Below, in pieces: positions 14,201 through 28,700 of a stretch of 64,000 nt of DNA (its first letter is position 1; each line of letters opens with the position of its first letter). The notes beneath the pieces are model-generated. The model was not told the origin of the DNA. It did not search any database and saw nothing but the letters and a program-made list of their open reading frames with translations. The stretch lies in NCBI GenBank assembly GCA_965112155.1, contig OZ218098.1; one strand, given 5' to 3'. The DNA comes from Podarcis liolepis. Taxonomy: Eukaryota. The translations under genes were made by a program, and so were the position numbers.

Positions 14201-17200
14201 TAAACTGCATGGCTACAGTTCATCTTTAAGGACTCAGAACCCACGTTAGTCTGGCAATTTCCAGCTAATCACAGCCATGGCAGGTTTGACATCTTCCAGA
14301 GCAGAGGAAGATGGTTATGCAGAGTGGAAGGTATCACCAAATTTTCCCATCTCCTTATTAGAAAGAATTGGACCATGGACTTCATTTCTTTGCTTACCAG
14401 AGATGGAGGGCTGGGTAATCTTAAAATAATAAACTGGGGGTAGTATAACTGCCCCATGGCAGGTGTCTAAATTTGATGGGGCAGGGATAGGAGCTACTTA
14501 ATACTTTTACATTGGACATTTGTCTGCTAAAAACCCTACCCAGCTGCTTTGCTCCCTGGAGGAGAAAAAACCAGTGCAGACTTGGGACACTCCCAGGCAG
14601 GAGGTTATTGTGGAATCAGTGCTGCTCATGCACACAAGTTTTTTTGCAGTGACTAAATGATGTTGTCACCAAAATGCCATTCTGCACTTCTTTTTGGTAT
14701 GTTTAATTCAGATGACGCCTTACTGTGGGGAATCCAATCAGGAGAAATAGCCATTGTATATCTTTGGTAACCACTAGTGTGGAAGCTCATTAGAACATTT
14801 TTGGAAGTGGGGTGGTGGTTTGTCATGTGTCTGCTGGTGTTTCAGTTGGCGGCTTCTCATGCAGTACCCTTACTTCCATTTGCTCCTCACCTGAGCATGA
14901 TTTAGTCATTTCATCTCAGCAGCACCCAATAACACTCCTCTCCCAATTTCCACTGTTTGCTAGACCAGTGTTTCCCAACCGGTGTTCCGCGGCACACTAG
15001 TGTGCCGCCGGACGTTGCCTAGTGTGCCGTGGGAGGGAGGTGGGCGAGTCGGGCTAATCCTCCGACGAGCTCCACCTCCAGACCCATTGCTCAAATCCTT
15101 TAACCCAGGAGGGCGGGGAGGGGGGGGGGAGAAAGAGAAAAAAGAAAGGGTGGAAAAAAAGAAGGGGAAGAGAAAATATTTTTTTAAAAAAAGGAAAGAG
15201 AGGGGAAAAAGCGAGGGATGGAGGAAGGGGAATAAACAGAAGGGGAGGACAATGAAGAGGGGCGGGGCTTGGCAGGCAGCAGATAACTGGGGAGGGGGGC
15301 GCGGCTGGCAGCGGCTCAAGGCAGGAAGGGAGGAGCTGCCTCGCGGAGAGTCTTGGGCTGCAGAGATTTCCCGTTCAGGAGCGCGGGAGGCCACGCTGTG
15401 GATGGGAATCTCCTCCTCCTCTTCCTCCTCCTCCTCCAGGAGAGAGGGTGGTCCGCCCCACCGAGTCGGGCCTGCTCAAGCGTGGGAGCCTATAGTTAGA
15501 GCTCAGCTCCTTTTCTTGCCTTCCCCGCCCCCCCACGGAGCACATTTTCCTCGCCCCCCCAACCCCCGCATGTAGAATAGAAGCCCTCCAGCCTCCACGG
15601 TGCACAAACTCTCCCCTCTGCAACGAAGCGCTTTGTTGCATATCTTTGGTGAGGTTTTTAGGCAGTCTTGGTGCACCTTAAATCAGCGCTAATTGCGCCT
15701 GGACGCAGTATTTACTTCCGAGTAGGCCCCCTTCTCCCCCCCCCCCGGTAGCACCTGACGTTGCTATTCGTATCATCAGGTTTGTTTGTTGGTAATTTAA
15801 TTGTTTTAAAAGCATCATGCTAAAGAGCTCTCTCCCACCCCCAGACCCTTGGGCAAAACAGAAACACACACATACACAAACACAGAGATTGAGCCCTGCA
15901 GGTTTTATGAAATGAATGGATTCTGAATGCCTGTTTCAGTGGCTTGTCCGCCTTAGGCTGCTGGGCCAGACACCTGTTACACGGTGCAGTCCGTAAGCTG
16001 TGAGCGCTGCTACCTGCCGCCGAGACCACGTAACGACAGTCTTGAAAGACCTACATTGGCTCCCAGTACCTTTCCGAGCACAATTCAAAGTGTTGGTGCT
16101 GACCTTTAAAGCCCTAAGCGGTTTCGGTCCAGTATACCTGAAGTAGCGTCTCCGCCACCATCGTTCAGCCCAGACACTGAGATCCAGTGCCAAGGGCCTT
16201 CTGGCAATTCCCTCACTGTGAAAAGTGAGGTTACAGGGAACCAGGCAGAGGGCCTTCTCGGTAGTGGCGCCCGCCCTGTGGAATGCCCTCCCATCAGACA
16301 TCAAAGAGATAACCATTACCTTCTATGCTGTTACTATTTTTTTATTTTTTTTTTACATAAGTAAAAAGTGACCTTTCCCCATCTGGCATGGTGGTGTGCC
16401 TCGAGATTTTTTTCATGAAACAAGTGTGCCTTTGCCCAAAAAAGGTTGGGAAACACTGTGCTAGACGTTCGTATACCAACAACCCAGCTCAGCAGAGCTG
16501 GTCTCTCAAGATCTCCACACAGTAAAGTAGGGGATTACCTTGGAGACTGTAACTGCAGTATTCCTAATGTTTTTAGGCATGACCAGCCTCCCTGCCCTCC
16601 CCAAAACAAACAGAAATGGGTTGTGTTATGAAATAAGAAGGCATCTACATATTTTGGAGATCCCACACCTCTTACCTAGAGGGCCAGAGTCATTCAGGTT
16701 GTCTATGCTTACAGAAGATAGCCAGGTTACACCTGCTGTTTTTTTGCTCCAGGCAACTAAGCCTCAGCTTGGTATACCTTCCATACCATCTAAATGGAGA
16801 TTTTGGAGTCAATGGGTATTTTATATACATTCTACAAATGACAGAGTAGTGCTTCCCTTGCAACATTCACACATAAAATAGCCTTGTGCATCAACGCATC
16901 TTCCTACTAACTTGAGTTGCAGCTGTGCTTAGGACTTCCATCTCATTCTCCTAACTATACAGTGCCCTGTCAACACATTTCCACCGTATTGAACCTTGAC
17001 ATCTAGAGCTGCTTTGCACATTGTATTTTGCTCCCGACTTCTGTGGGCAAAAGCAGTAACATTCCAGTGGACAATTGTTAAAATGCATAATGCAATTCCT
17101 TAAGCTGATGCCTCTTCTTGCAATAAATAAATAATATGATCAACAATGGCATTTTAAACTGCATACCACTATTTGGTAAACTCTGCCACAACAACAGTCA

Positions 17201-20200
17201 ATAGTGCAGCACTAGCCCAGAAACGTCAAGGGCAGAAGTAAGAGATTTTAGCTATGTTAAAAATAGAAAAGAAGACATGCAGTTTTTGTCCCAGTGAAAT
17301 ATGTCACTTTGAAAATAATTTCCTCAGAACTTATACTTATGTAAAACTCAAGCTGGTGATGTAATTTCTATTTTCACTGTGGGAAAATATCATTCCAGAT
17401 ACTTTATAAGAAGGAGAGTGGCACAGAGCTGCCTCAACACTTTGCGTCTCCAGGGGCAAAGTACCCCCACCTCCATTCTCCTCTTCCTCCCCACTGTCAC
17501 CAATACTTTCCCCTCTCCTTTCTCCCTGATCTGCTGTTGTGCCAGGGCTATCCATGCCACACTGAGGAAGGGGTCCTATCAGTGTACCACCGTCATTTTG
17601 CTGCGATGGTGGCAAAGCTTGTAAAGTTAAATTTTAACAGGATTTGCCTCTGTCATGGCTAAGGGGCAATGGCACAGGTAATCTCCAGGGTCTCCTCACC
17701 TACACTGCCTGACCCCCAGGAAGGGGCACAGATCCAAAATATGTTACCCACAGGAAGGGGCTAACCCTCAGGAAGGGGCACAGATGGGGGCACAATCCAC
17801 TACCTATCCTGAACCTCTACCTGAGTTGTCCATCAAGGTTTAAGCCCTGCGGTTCCAAAGTCTAATTTATGTACGTTATTTTCAGGATATGTTCATTCAG
17901 AACTTTAAAGCACTCTGCCACTGGAATAATCAGTTCCCACCTATTATGTGCCAATCCCTGCCCTCCCCCACCCCCAACTCTGTATCGAGGAAACTCAAAT
18001 TCACTGTCAAATTTAAAATTGTCCTAGTTTATGTACTTTGTGTTGCAGAATTATTCTCAGTTTTTGAGTTTTTAGTCAACAAGTGTACTATAGTGGCGTG
18101 TAGTATGGGGTATGTCAGGACTTGCAAGGCAGCATGTGCAGGAGAACTTATGAGAGTGAGATACGAATGGTATTGGACTCTGGACAGTTTACAGTGAAAG
18201 TTAAAACCATATCATATGGAGAAAAAATACATCAGTTCAATGTATAGAACAGAATAAAACAGCAGCTGAATAAAACCAAAGTAAAACCCGAAATGGTGAA
18301 TAAAAACACCAACACGTTATTCTGGCACTTAGGGTAGAAAACCTCACAAGTACCTCACTCTGGTTATAAAATAAATAAAAGAACTATCACTTTGCTACCC
18401 TTTCATGATACCCATATAACCAGCTGCCCGAGGTGGTTGCCTCACTCTGCCTAATGATAGAGCCAGCTCTGAATGCTATGCAATGCAATACTGGGACCTT
18501 GCTCTCTACAAAGAAGTAAATCTGTGCCCAGGCTATACCAGCTTACAGATCTATAGATAGAAAACTACCATGTATTTAAAGAGATACAATAAAGAATAAA
18601 TTTCCAAGAAGGGTTAGAAATATGAACAGCAGTCAAAAACTCTACTGCAAATATATACAATTAATTGGGTGGCATAAAAAGGATATGCAGCAAAAAAAAG
18701 AAGAAAAAGAACAATGGAGAGGTGGAGCTGGAAGCCCTTTAAAAGAAATAAGAGAATGAAAATGTAAGATGTGTATACTAAGTTTGTGAACATGCATAAA
18801 TAAAAAATTAAAAAGGAAGAAGACTAGTTTTCTGTGTCCACCTGCATTCTAAAATAGTACAGCCTAGAGGGAGATTTACTGTCTCAGTGAGCGCTAGACC
18901 CTAAGCCTCATTGTGAAGATAAGGGTTTGGGAAACATGCTTAAAGATTATGATTTTCAGGACCAAGAACAGGATGTGTTTGAAGGCTCAGTTCCATTCAT
19001 TTTATTTTCAACCTCAGTTGACAGCCAGTTTTAATTTCTTAGATCCGTCATACTTTACTAGATGCTAGAAAACAGATCCTGAAATTATTAGAAGTACCAG
19101 AATGGAGGAGCGAAGGAGCGTTTTGGAGGGATTGTTTCTCTCAGCCTCTAAGCAAGAGCACCTGACTTTCTGGGGTGCATGAGAAACTTTGCGCAGGAGG
19201 AAGCCCTGGGTGTGAGGTGCAGGGGGAGGGAAATGTAGGTCTCTGCTTCTTCCACAGCATCCCAGAGATCAGTGAAGAAATTTGAGTATGACTTGGAATT
19301 GATCTGGGTGGTGTGGGCAGAAAGGCAGTTCAAGCGCTGTGGTGGCAAGGAGGGGAAGGCGTTTCTGGTGCTTGGAAAGAAAGATCTAATCAGGAACATA
19401 CTCCCTTGCTTAATGTTGGGAAGATGAAGATTCCTTTAAAAATCAAAATCAATTCTAATAATGATAAAAAACACCCTTTAAAAACAAACATTTGTGATCA
19501 ATAACTGTGAAGAAAACCATAGCTAGTGTTACCTAAGTGTGTTACCCTCCTAAAGAAGAGTTGTCCAGCCTAATGCTCTCAGGTGTTTGGATTATACTTC
19601 CCATTATTCCTGACCATTGTCCATGCTGAGCAGAGCTAATATAAATAGCCTGGAGGACACTAGCTAGAGGAAGGCTATCCCCAAACATGGCGTTTTCAGT
19701 CTTAGGCAGAACCCAGAACATATTGTCTGTTGCCATGTTTTCCATTGCTAGTGACCAAGGTGAGTTTCACCCTCACAGTACCAATGTGGGATATCTCAGC
19801 TCCGCATTTGTAAAGTAACAGGTTGTCTGAGGGATTCTGTGTCTGCTTGAATAGCGGCATAGGGGTCATTGACTCGGGTGCAAAATTGTTAGGTGCAAAA
19901 CTTCAACACTGGGTGCTGCCTTAATACAGGCGTGTGCTTCTGTCACCGGGTCCGTTGAAAACAGCTTCTCCATGAGAACCAGGAAGTGTCAGCTTCGTTC
20001 TGGAGCTGATAGAGGCTGGGAATGAGGCCAGAGAAAGAGAGAGAAGAACCCTGGCATGTGGGAAGGAGGAGGGCCAGCCTAGCCACCTGACACAGAACAG
20101 AGAGCAGGCAGCATCCCTGAGCATAGTGGACAAGGAAAGGGGCGCCAGAACAGAGATACACAAACTAACAGTTTCAGCTCAGAAACAGAGGGAGAGAGGC

Positions 20201-22655
20201 CGGAAATAGCCAGCCCCAAAACTCGAAGGCGTGAAAGGGTCAGTGAGAGGAGGGGAAAAGAGTGAAAGCGAAAGGGCTTTTTCCCCTGTTGGAGGAAGAG
20301 GAAGAGGCAGAGTTTAGACTCGGCAACTGCTAACCTGGAGTCAGACACGGAGTGAAGGAGTGATTTATGTGTTTGAGCAATAATCCTGAGATAATTCCTA
20401 CCAGTGTCTCGCTTCGCTTCTGTGGGAGAGCCAAGCCATTACAGGAAGTGACCTCCACAGACAACAGATCGACTACTCTTTTCTTATCTCTGTGGCTATG
20501 GTCTCCTGTGTGACGCGGATGCAATTGGTCAGTTGCACGTGCATGCCTATTCCATCCTTTTCCCTCCCCACCCCTGCAAGGTCCCAGACTCTGGCAACAC
20601 ATGCTATGCCACTGAATAGCTGTGCAGTTACAGAACAGCAGACGCCTAAAGCTTGCGCATCTCCAAGCACAATTCAGTGTGCTGATTTTAATCTACAAAA
20701 GCCTTTTGTGTTTGGAATTAGGGCTGGACAATGTCAGGTTTCCTACATCACAATGTATTGCTAGGCAAACATCATGATCTAGCGGTACATTGCAATGTTC
20801 AAAACCCCGCTTCCCACCACAGCGCTGAGGCATCAGGGTGAGATCGCCAAGGTGGTTTCACCCCAGCGCCTCACAGTGCCAGGGAGGAAGCAGCTTCATG
20901 CTCACCATCTAACCAACCCCATCCTTCTCCACCGTGCATGAGAGCAGGAGAAGGATTGGGGCTGTTCAGCTAGAGAGCACAAAGCCTTCCGCTCCTCACC
21001 TGAGTAGCCACAATCCTTCTCCAGCTTGCACGTGAGCAGGAGAAGCATTAGGGTTGCTCAGCTAGGGGCGTGAAGCCTTATGCTTCTCCGGCTTGTAAGC
21101 AAGCCAGAGAAGCATTGAGGCTCCTTCAGCTGGGGGAAGGGAGCACTTTAACAGAGCCCCAACCCCGCCACTGCCTCACATGAGCCAGCGGTAGGCTGGG
21201 TGTTCCGTTAACTGCTTGGCTGATGGGAGCGGCAACCGTGCGCCCCTCAATGGAGCAGTTTCATGGAGCCTGCACACCACCACCGGCTCATGTGAGCCAG
21301 TGGTGGGTCAGGGGCTCCGTGAAACTGCTTGGCTGAGGCAAGGGCAGTCGCACATTCCTCAGCCTTGCCAATGTAGCTTGTCTCTCCTTCTGCGTCAGTA
21401 TGAGGGCAGAGTGGGATGGTGGCTTCACGGTATATCACTAACTGCTGCCGCTCCTAAATCCCTCTGCTTCCAGCACCCGGCTACAGCTTGTTTCTCTTTT
21501 GGTGCACTGGGCACTGGTGGTAGAGTGTTATGTACTGAGTTGAATAGGATCCAAACTGCAGCAGTCTGATTGGTCCTAGAACAATAGGATTCAGAATGCA
21601 GCAGTCTGATTGGTCCTAGAACAATGCAGTGGTATGATTGGTTGGCAGGAACCACCCAATCATGCTCCAGATATAAGTGAATCCACAACCTGATTGGCTT
21701 ACAGTAGAATTCCAGAATTAGCCAATCATGTGCAGCCCATTGTGTAAATAATGTATATAAAGCAGATACTTGGAGGGGACTTTCATTCATTCCTCCTCGC
21801 CTCTATGAGCTGAATAAAGAGCATGAAATCACTTTGCGACTCTGAGTATATTTCATAGAGGAACTCAGGAGTGGCAGCGGTTTCACTCGCAATATACTGC
21901 TGAGTGAAGCTGCCATCGCAGTCTGCCCCTCAATCAATACATTGCCCAGGCCTACTTGGGATCAGCTAGTAGTTTTGAGTGCTGGATTGAGATTTGGGAG
22001 ACCAGATTCTCATCCCTACTCAGGCGTGATGCTTGTTATGAGGATAAAATGGAGAAAGGAAGAACCATGTGCCCCACCTTGGAGGCCTCCTTCAAATAGA
22101 GGTCTTACAGCCCTTAAGGAATCTCCTCAGTGGTCAAAATAGATAGAGATTCCTCCCTTAGACTGCAAACTTAAAACTTTCTGTGAAGTTTCAATGAACT
22201 CAGAGGGACTTCTGAATAAACATGTTTTGTGCTGTGAGAATCTGAAACTGATGTTCTATGAACTGCTATGTTCTTACTTGCTATTCTGTTCCTTTTCTTT
22301 TGATGGAACAAAATTTTGCATTTAACCTTGATTTAATTTTTATTTTTCCTGTATTTTTTGTATTTAAAGCCATTTGAGTGTTTTGTATATATTTTAATTT
22401 CCCCAGTTTTATACTCTCTCCTTGTTGTTGTTTCAGGGATTGCTTATTGGACACTCTTTGCTTTTATTTGTTGGCTACAATTATGGTTTTTCCTGTATTT
22501 TTCTTATTGTATGTATAGATTTTTCAGTCATGGGACAGAAAGATGGAGTAGAAATGCTTGCATAAACAAAACTTACTGTCCTTACATGATATAAATAGCA
22601 AACACCCATGGTGTCTGTTGCAACCACTATCAGGAAAACCTGCAAATAAACTATC

Positions 22656-22705
<50 letters not shown>

Positions 22706-25700
22706 ATCTCCAATCTCTGAACCCCTTTGTCCACGACTGATGTTCTGCCCTAAGAAGGCACTAATTAACTGCTTTGTCATTTTAATGTTATGTTACTTTA
22801 ATTACATCAGAATCCACTTCTAGAACAGGAAGGCAACTGTGCAATCATTGTTGCTTTGCTATCCAACAGTCATTAATTAATAGGTAGACTTCATTTGTAA
22901 TTTTCAACTCTAAAGCAGAGTTAACACCCCACAGTCCTCTCCTTTATTAATATCAAGGACTATGGAGGAGTAAACAAGTCGTTTCTGGCTGAATTCTCAA
23001 GGGTCATAAGAAGAATCCTGCTGGAAGAGGCCGGCATCCTGTTTTCACAGTGGCCAGCCAAATGTCCATGAGAAACATGCAAGCAGAACCTCTCCATTTG
23101 GGATTCCTGGCACCTGGCATTCAGAGGCCTAGAGCCTGGGACAGTGGAGGGAGAACGTGGTCATTGTGGCTGGTGGACATTGATAGCCTTTTGCTCCATG
23201 AATTTACCTTGTTGGCACCTGTCTGTCTTGGGAAATAAAGGAGGAGTGTGCTTTCAGGGGTGAAGCCAAACTGTTGGGGAGTTACAGCGCCTGTTGTGGC
23301 TGTAGAGAATGGTATGGGAGAGATTTATGTTGTAGCTGGGCCAAATGCTTTCAAAGCCATCTAACTGGTGGCCATTGCTTCCTTTTGTGGACTCAAATTC
23401 AACGCTTTAACTACATGCAACAAAGGTGGAGTTTTTTTGGTCTGCCGTGAACCTTCCAAGATTCAGCTTCGTTGGATGTTCAGGAGTTCTAGTATGACAA
23501 GGGAGAAAAGCTTTTCTCCACACCATGCCAACTATGCTAAACTAAATGAGCTCTTAGCAGATCTGAATATTTACACATGAGCTTTCCTCAATTGAGAGTA
23601 CGATCTAAGTGTGAACTCACCCCTTCCTTACTTTCCCCCCAGCAGGGACAGACTTTGGTAATATGGCATCCTGAGTGAAGACAAAATTTGGTAACTCTCA
23701 TAAAGATGTCTTATTTTCACAATAATTCATTTTGGTACAGTTGCTTTTTAATGGATCTTCTCAGTAGGTACCCCATATAAATATATTATTGTGTGCCTCC
23801 TCGTCTTGGTGTCCTTTGTGGGGCACTTGCACTGCCCTAAATCTGCCGTTGCTCCCAGCCAGATTCCAGTCCCAAAAGTGAGCTGGCTGAGGGTAGACTG
23901 CAGGAGAAAGAGAGGGGAATAAGAGGAGGTCGGTTCAGCACATACCTTATATGCACTTTAAACCATACCACCACACGTGTGATTGGGATTAACTCATATT
24001 TAAAATATCAACAATAAAGACATAGATTTTAATGACTTTGGATGAATACTTTTCCTGTGCACCATTTAGTCAGCTTTTACACTGGGGTGTAATAGAGTTC
24101 ATAGTGAGGGGAAACCTTGGTGCCTTGCATCCAGAAAACCAGGCAAGGATAAAGTAACCTGGGAAACAGAATGCCAAATGCTCATCAGTCCATTACACTT
24201 CTTCTTCATCATCATTGTTTATTTGTATGCTGGCTTTCCACAGTTAAACCAAGCTCTGGGCGGCTTACAACATGAAAAGATTTACATAATCACAAAAATA
24301 TAAGAAAAGTTTTAATAGCCAATAAATTACATATCAATAGGTATGCAATAAAATTAAGTGATCCCTACATAAGTCATAATAAGGGCTAACAATAATGAAT
24401 CTTAAAAATACCCAAAACAACAAAATTAAGCATCTCCAAAATTAAATTTTGACCTCAACAAAAAACCCCAAACAATACCCCACACCAAGTGTCTCTAGGT
24501 ATCCTGAGAAGCGGGTCCTGCTGACTCACAGCGAAGGTGGCCTCTGGCCTTTTCAGCAGCCAAGTGGAGTCAGTCAGGGCCTGGCCCTTCTAGGCCAGGT
24601 GCAAAGAGGCCAGCAAGGCAAGGAGCAAGTCTGGCAGGACAATGCGCAAAGAATAGTATATGATATGTTATAAAGGTTTCTAGAACGATCTGAGTGGCTA
24701 TATCCACTCTTGCCTCTTCCAGTCTTCCCTGATTTATTTTCTTCATCCTGGACCTGGGCACTTCTTCTGTATTCTGTATAAGACAGGCTCTAGATCATGC
24801 CCAGGGGGTCCTAAGCTGCAGGACCCTCTCCAGATGGAGCCTTGAATGCATGGAGAACAGGGCTGGGAAGTCTGACCCCCTTGATCTGGTTGGCCATCTG
24901 CACAAGGCTTTGTTTACTTCTGCCCTTGGAAGTGGCCGCTGGAAATAAATATCACTCTTCTTTGTACTTAGATTTGCTGTCCAAACCTTCATTTCTAATC
25001 TATGCGTGGTTCTGTTTTACTTCTCTTCATTATCAGAAACTTTTAATAATTAAAAAATGGACCGTAATTTTTCACCGATTCTCATGCATACCACCAAGCC
25101 ATACTGATTTATGCCTATTTCTTGCCTACTTTCCAGGTTATCTCGCCCCCCGGAACCTTCCCAGTGCAGGTTTCTTTCCATTTCTTCAAACTGTGCTTTG
25201 TAGTTCAGATGCCAGGTGCAAAAGCACACCATATACACCTGAAGACCTGCTACCAAAATTGAATGGTGTATCACCCATAAACAGGTAAGGGAGTAAGTCC
25301 TCTTGTTACATAAGATTCAGATTCACCATTTGTGATTTTATCTTTTACTTCTCCAAATCCTTGTGTGGGAATCATTTCCATTTCTGCATCACCGTCTGCT
25401 TCTTTCTGTTTAATTATTTATTGATCCAGTCCTGCCAACATTTCATCAATTTGGTCTGAAGCCTCTGTGTATGCCTCCTTTCCATTTCCATTTTCGACCT
25501 CATATTACTCTGGCTCATTTTTTCCCATCATTCCCTTCATCTTCATCAAACATTGATCTGATCATTTTAAATTATTCATCCATCAACTGCCGAACAATAC
25601 CAACAGTCACTGGGTCATCCAAAGGTACCACATTGGGTGCTTTTAATGTTCTAGACCTTATTAGACATTAAATCCACCTTAATGTTCCCCCTTAAAAGTC

Positions 25701-28700
25701 CTGGACTTCTACAGCTGTAACTGTGTTATTTCAAAAGCAAATTCTTGTCTGCCTCCTTTCTCATGGCTAGTTATGGCTGCTTCACTTTTGATTTCCCCGG
25801 TTCTTTAGTGGCAAGAAACAAAGTAAAAGGATTGAGGATTTCCTATCATCTGATTTAATTTTTGTTGTCTACCAGAAATCAGCCTGTCTGCTTTGCTATA
25901 ACTCTTTAACAATTAGTTTCCTTTCTGTTTTTTCAGCCACAAAAGGTAGTACTCACAGATTTTCAAATTATAAATTTTCCCAAGCAGATGGAAAGGGGAT
26001 GTGTGATTCTCATTACAGTTTCATTGTACTAAATATGTTTTAAAGGGCTTTTAAAAGAGAGGGTGAGATTCTTTTATTGGCATTGCTCCTTAGCTTGCCA
26101 GCTCTTCCTTGCTCCTGTCCAAGGTGCAAGGTGCAGACAACAGAAAAACGGCTTTGATCCAAGTGTCTTGAGGATAAATCCTAGATTACTCTGTCTCCGG
26201 AGTGAGTAATAGACCCAAACTATCTGTCTGGCTATTAACAATCCCCACAGAGCTAGCAGATAGGTCTCTGAATCGCCACAACTCTCTCAACTGTAGGAAG
26301 CTAGCCGGGCTTGATTAGCTTTTAACACTTGCTGAATCCAAGGATCAGAGGGATCTGGCACATACAAACACATAACAATAGTATCAGCTTGCAGCAAAAC
26401 TAAGTGATCAATTTTATCAAGCACATTCCTTGCTCCTCTGAGACTCTCTCTTAAGATTTGAAATATTTTGATGTAGACCACGCACAGGAAGTTTACCTTA
26501 CCCCAAGTCTGACCAGCTGGCTCTGTTGTCTGCACTGATTTGCAGTCGCTCTCCTAGGTTTCAGACAGGAGACATTCCCAGCCCTACCTAGAGAGGCTGG
26601 GGGTGGAACTTGAGGCCTTCTGCATGCAAACCAGGTGCTCTGTCACTGAGCTACATCTATTCTGCACCCAGAATCTCCTATACAATACTCAAACCCTGCA
26701 TCCCTGCCTAAGGTCACACAGAATGTGTACACCGAAGAGAGTGGCGGACCATCACATGGTTGACCCTGATTTTGTGGTGTTGGTCAATTGACTTAGATAG
26801 GATTCATGAGAAATTCTTATAAGGTCTTGAAAGAGAAAGGTGAGGAAATATGATAGGAGAGTTAATTGTGAATTAAAAATCTCCCAAACTGTCCTCTACA
26901 CACCTGGCTTTTATGAACAAATCACTCGAGGTTTTAACCCAGAAGTGGCAAAACCTTTAGAGTTGGAGAGCCGGATTCTCTCATGGCAACTTTCTAGAGC
27001 AGCCTTTCTCAACCTGTGGGTCCCCAGATGTTGTTGAACTACAACTCCCATCACCCCTAGCCAGCAAGGTCAGAGCTCAGGGATGATGGGAATTGTAGTC
27101 CAACAACAGCTGGGAACCCACAGGTTGAGAACTGCTGCCTAGAGGCTGCATGCTCATGGTGAGTCTTGGTTAGCACATTTTAGGGCTTCTGCTGATTCCT
27201 TGTGGTTGCAGGGGCTCTGTATCTTGTCATTAAGGTTGTGGTTAGACTTGCTGTTGTTCCCAGTCTTCCTTTCATCACGCTCACTTCTACCAGCATTTGT
27301 CTCAGTTAAGAGCTGCCATGTGCCATGTGCTTGAGCTGTTGCACCTGCAGCATCCTGGGTGCTTCTGCTATACTGTTGCAGCATTACCTTGTGATGGAGC
27401 TGCAGTCTTGGATCTGGCCCTGTCCTCTTTTTGCCATACCCTCTGAGAAAGACCACCAGGGGGGAAAGCAAATAGCTTGTCCGTAATGGAAATAGCATCA
27501 AGATTGGTTCCAGAATGGTTTTAAACAAAACAGCAACCCATTGCTTGAAATAAAGGCAGTGCTTTATCAAGAAATTCACATTTTGGTGGGAAGAACTTGG
27601 CCTGAGTGGTTTAATGCAAGGAGCTTCAGTGAAGGGGTATCTATAAGTGATGATGCAGGATTCTTCTCACTCCTTTTTCCTTATCAGAAAATGGAGAAGG
27701 TCAGCTAACCCGGAGAAGGACAGCCATCCATCATCCCAGAGTGCTGATGTTCCCAAAAGCAAGAATGGTTCATTGGGTAGGTTATTTGATTCTATTAAGA
27801 GTTTAGCAAACTTCCTCTCTTAGCTGCAGATAAATGTTATAACCATGGAGAAGTATTTGAACAAGGCCCAGGCGAGTTCTATTAAAACAATTGCTTTGTT
27901 TTCTATGGGTACTTGAGTGAGTAAGCAATTATTTTAAGCAGCTGAGGATATCTTAGTAACAGCAGAAGCCTATATACATGTATATGCAAAACTTCAGTGG
28001 GACTTATTCCCAGATATGTGTGCAGTCTCATGTCCTGCAAGCTCCAAAAAGCTCAGGACTTGATTCCCAGGAGGTCATAGAATCATAGAGTTGGAAGAGA
28101 CCACAAGGGCCATCGAGTCCAACCCCCTGCCAAGCAGGAAACATTGATATGATTGTGCTTTATTAGTTAAAACTATTGAGAATAGTTACAGATGTGTGCC
28201 TTTATATTAGGTTTGTCATACACCTGGAATTTCCCAGGCATTGTTGGGATTCGGTCGTTCAAAACCATGTCCAGACGTATGGCAACCCATGTCGGAAGTG
28301 TAGATTTCAGTAAATTTGCTTAGAAATAGCTCAAACAACTTTGGCCCTGCTTGCTCCTTCCATGTCTGCAGGGGGGGGGGGAGAGAGAGAGAAAGAGAGA
28401 GAGAGAGAGAAGGGGGAAGAGGCAGAAGCCTCTGCTGCTAGCGCTGCCTTAAGCAACCACTCACATTTTCTGTATTTTGATAAAGTTGTGGCCAAAATTA
28501 TGCCAAAAGCTTTAAATAAAAATTATGTGTCAATTGTGTTTTTACTGGGGTGTCTTGGGGACCTCAACTCACAAAACTAAAGTCCCCTTCCTTCTTTTCA
28601 CGTATCCTCATTGGCTGGTTAGGGAGCAAAGTGAAAGTGAAAGTGAAATTTCTCAGGACTCAGACAAAGGCAGAAAATCAGTTTCCTGAGCCATAAAAAT

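Noticed and set aside
14982-15575. 197-aa K/R/G-rich ORF
   Set aside because: Arises from low-complexity GC/purine-rich sequence within a non-autonomous hAT element.
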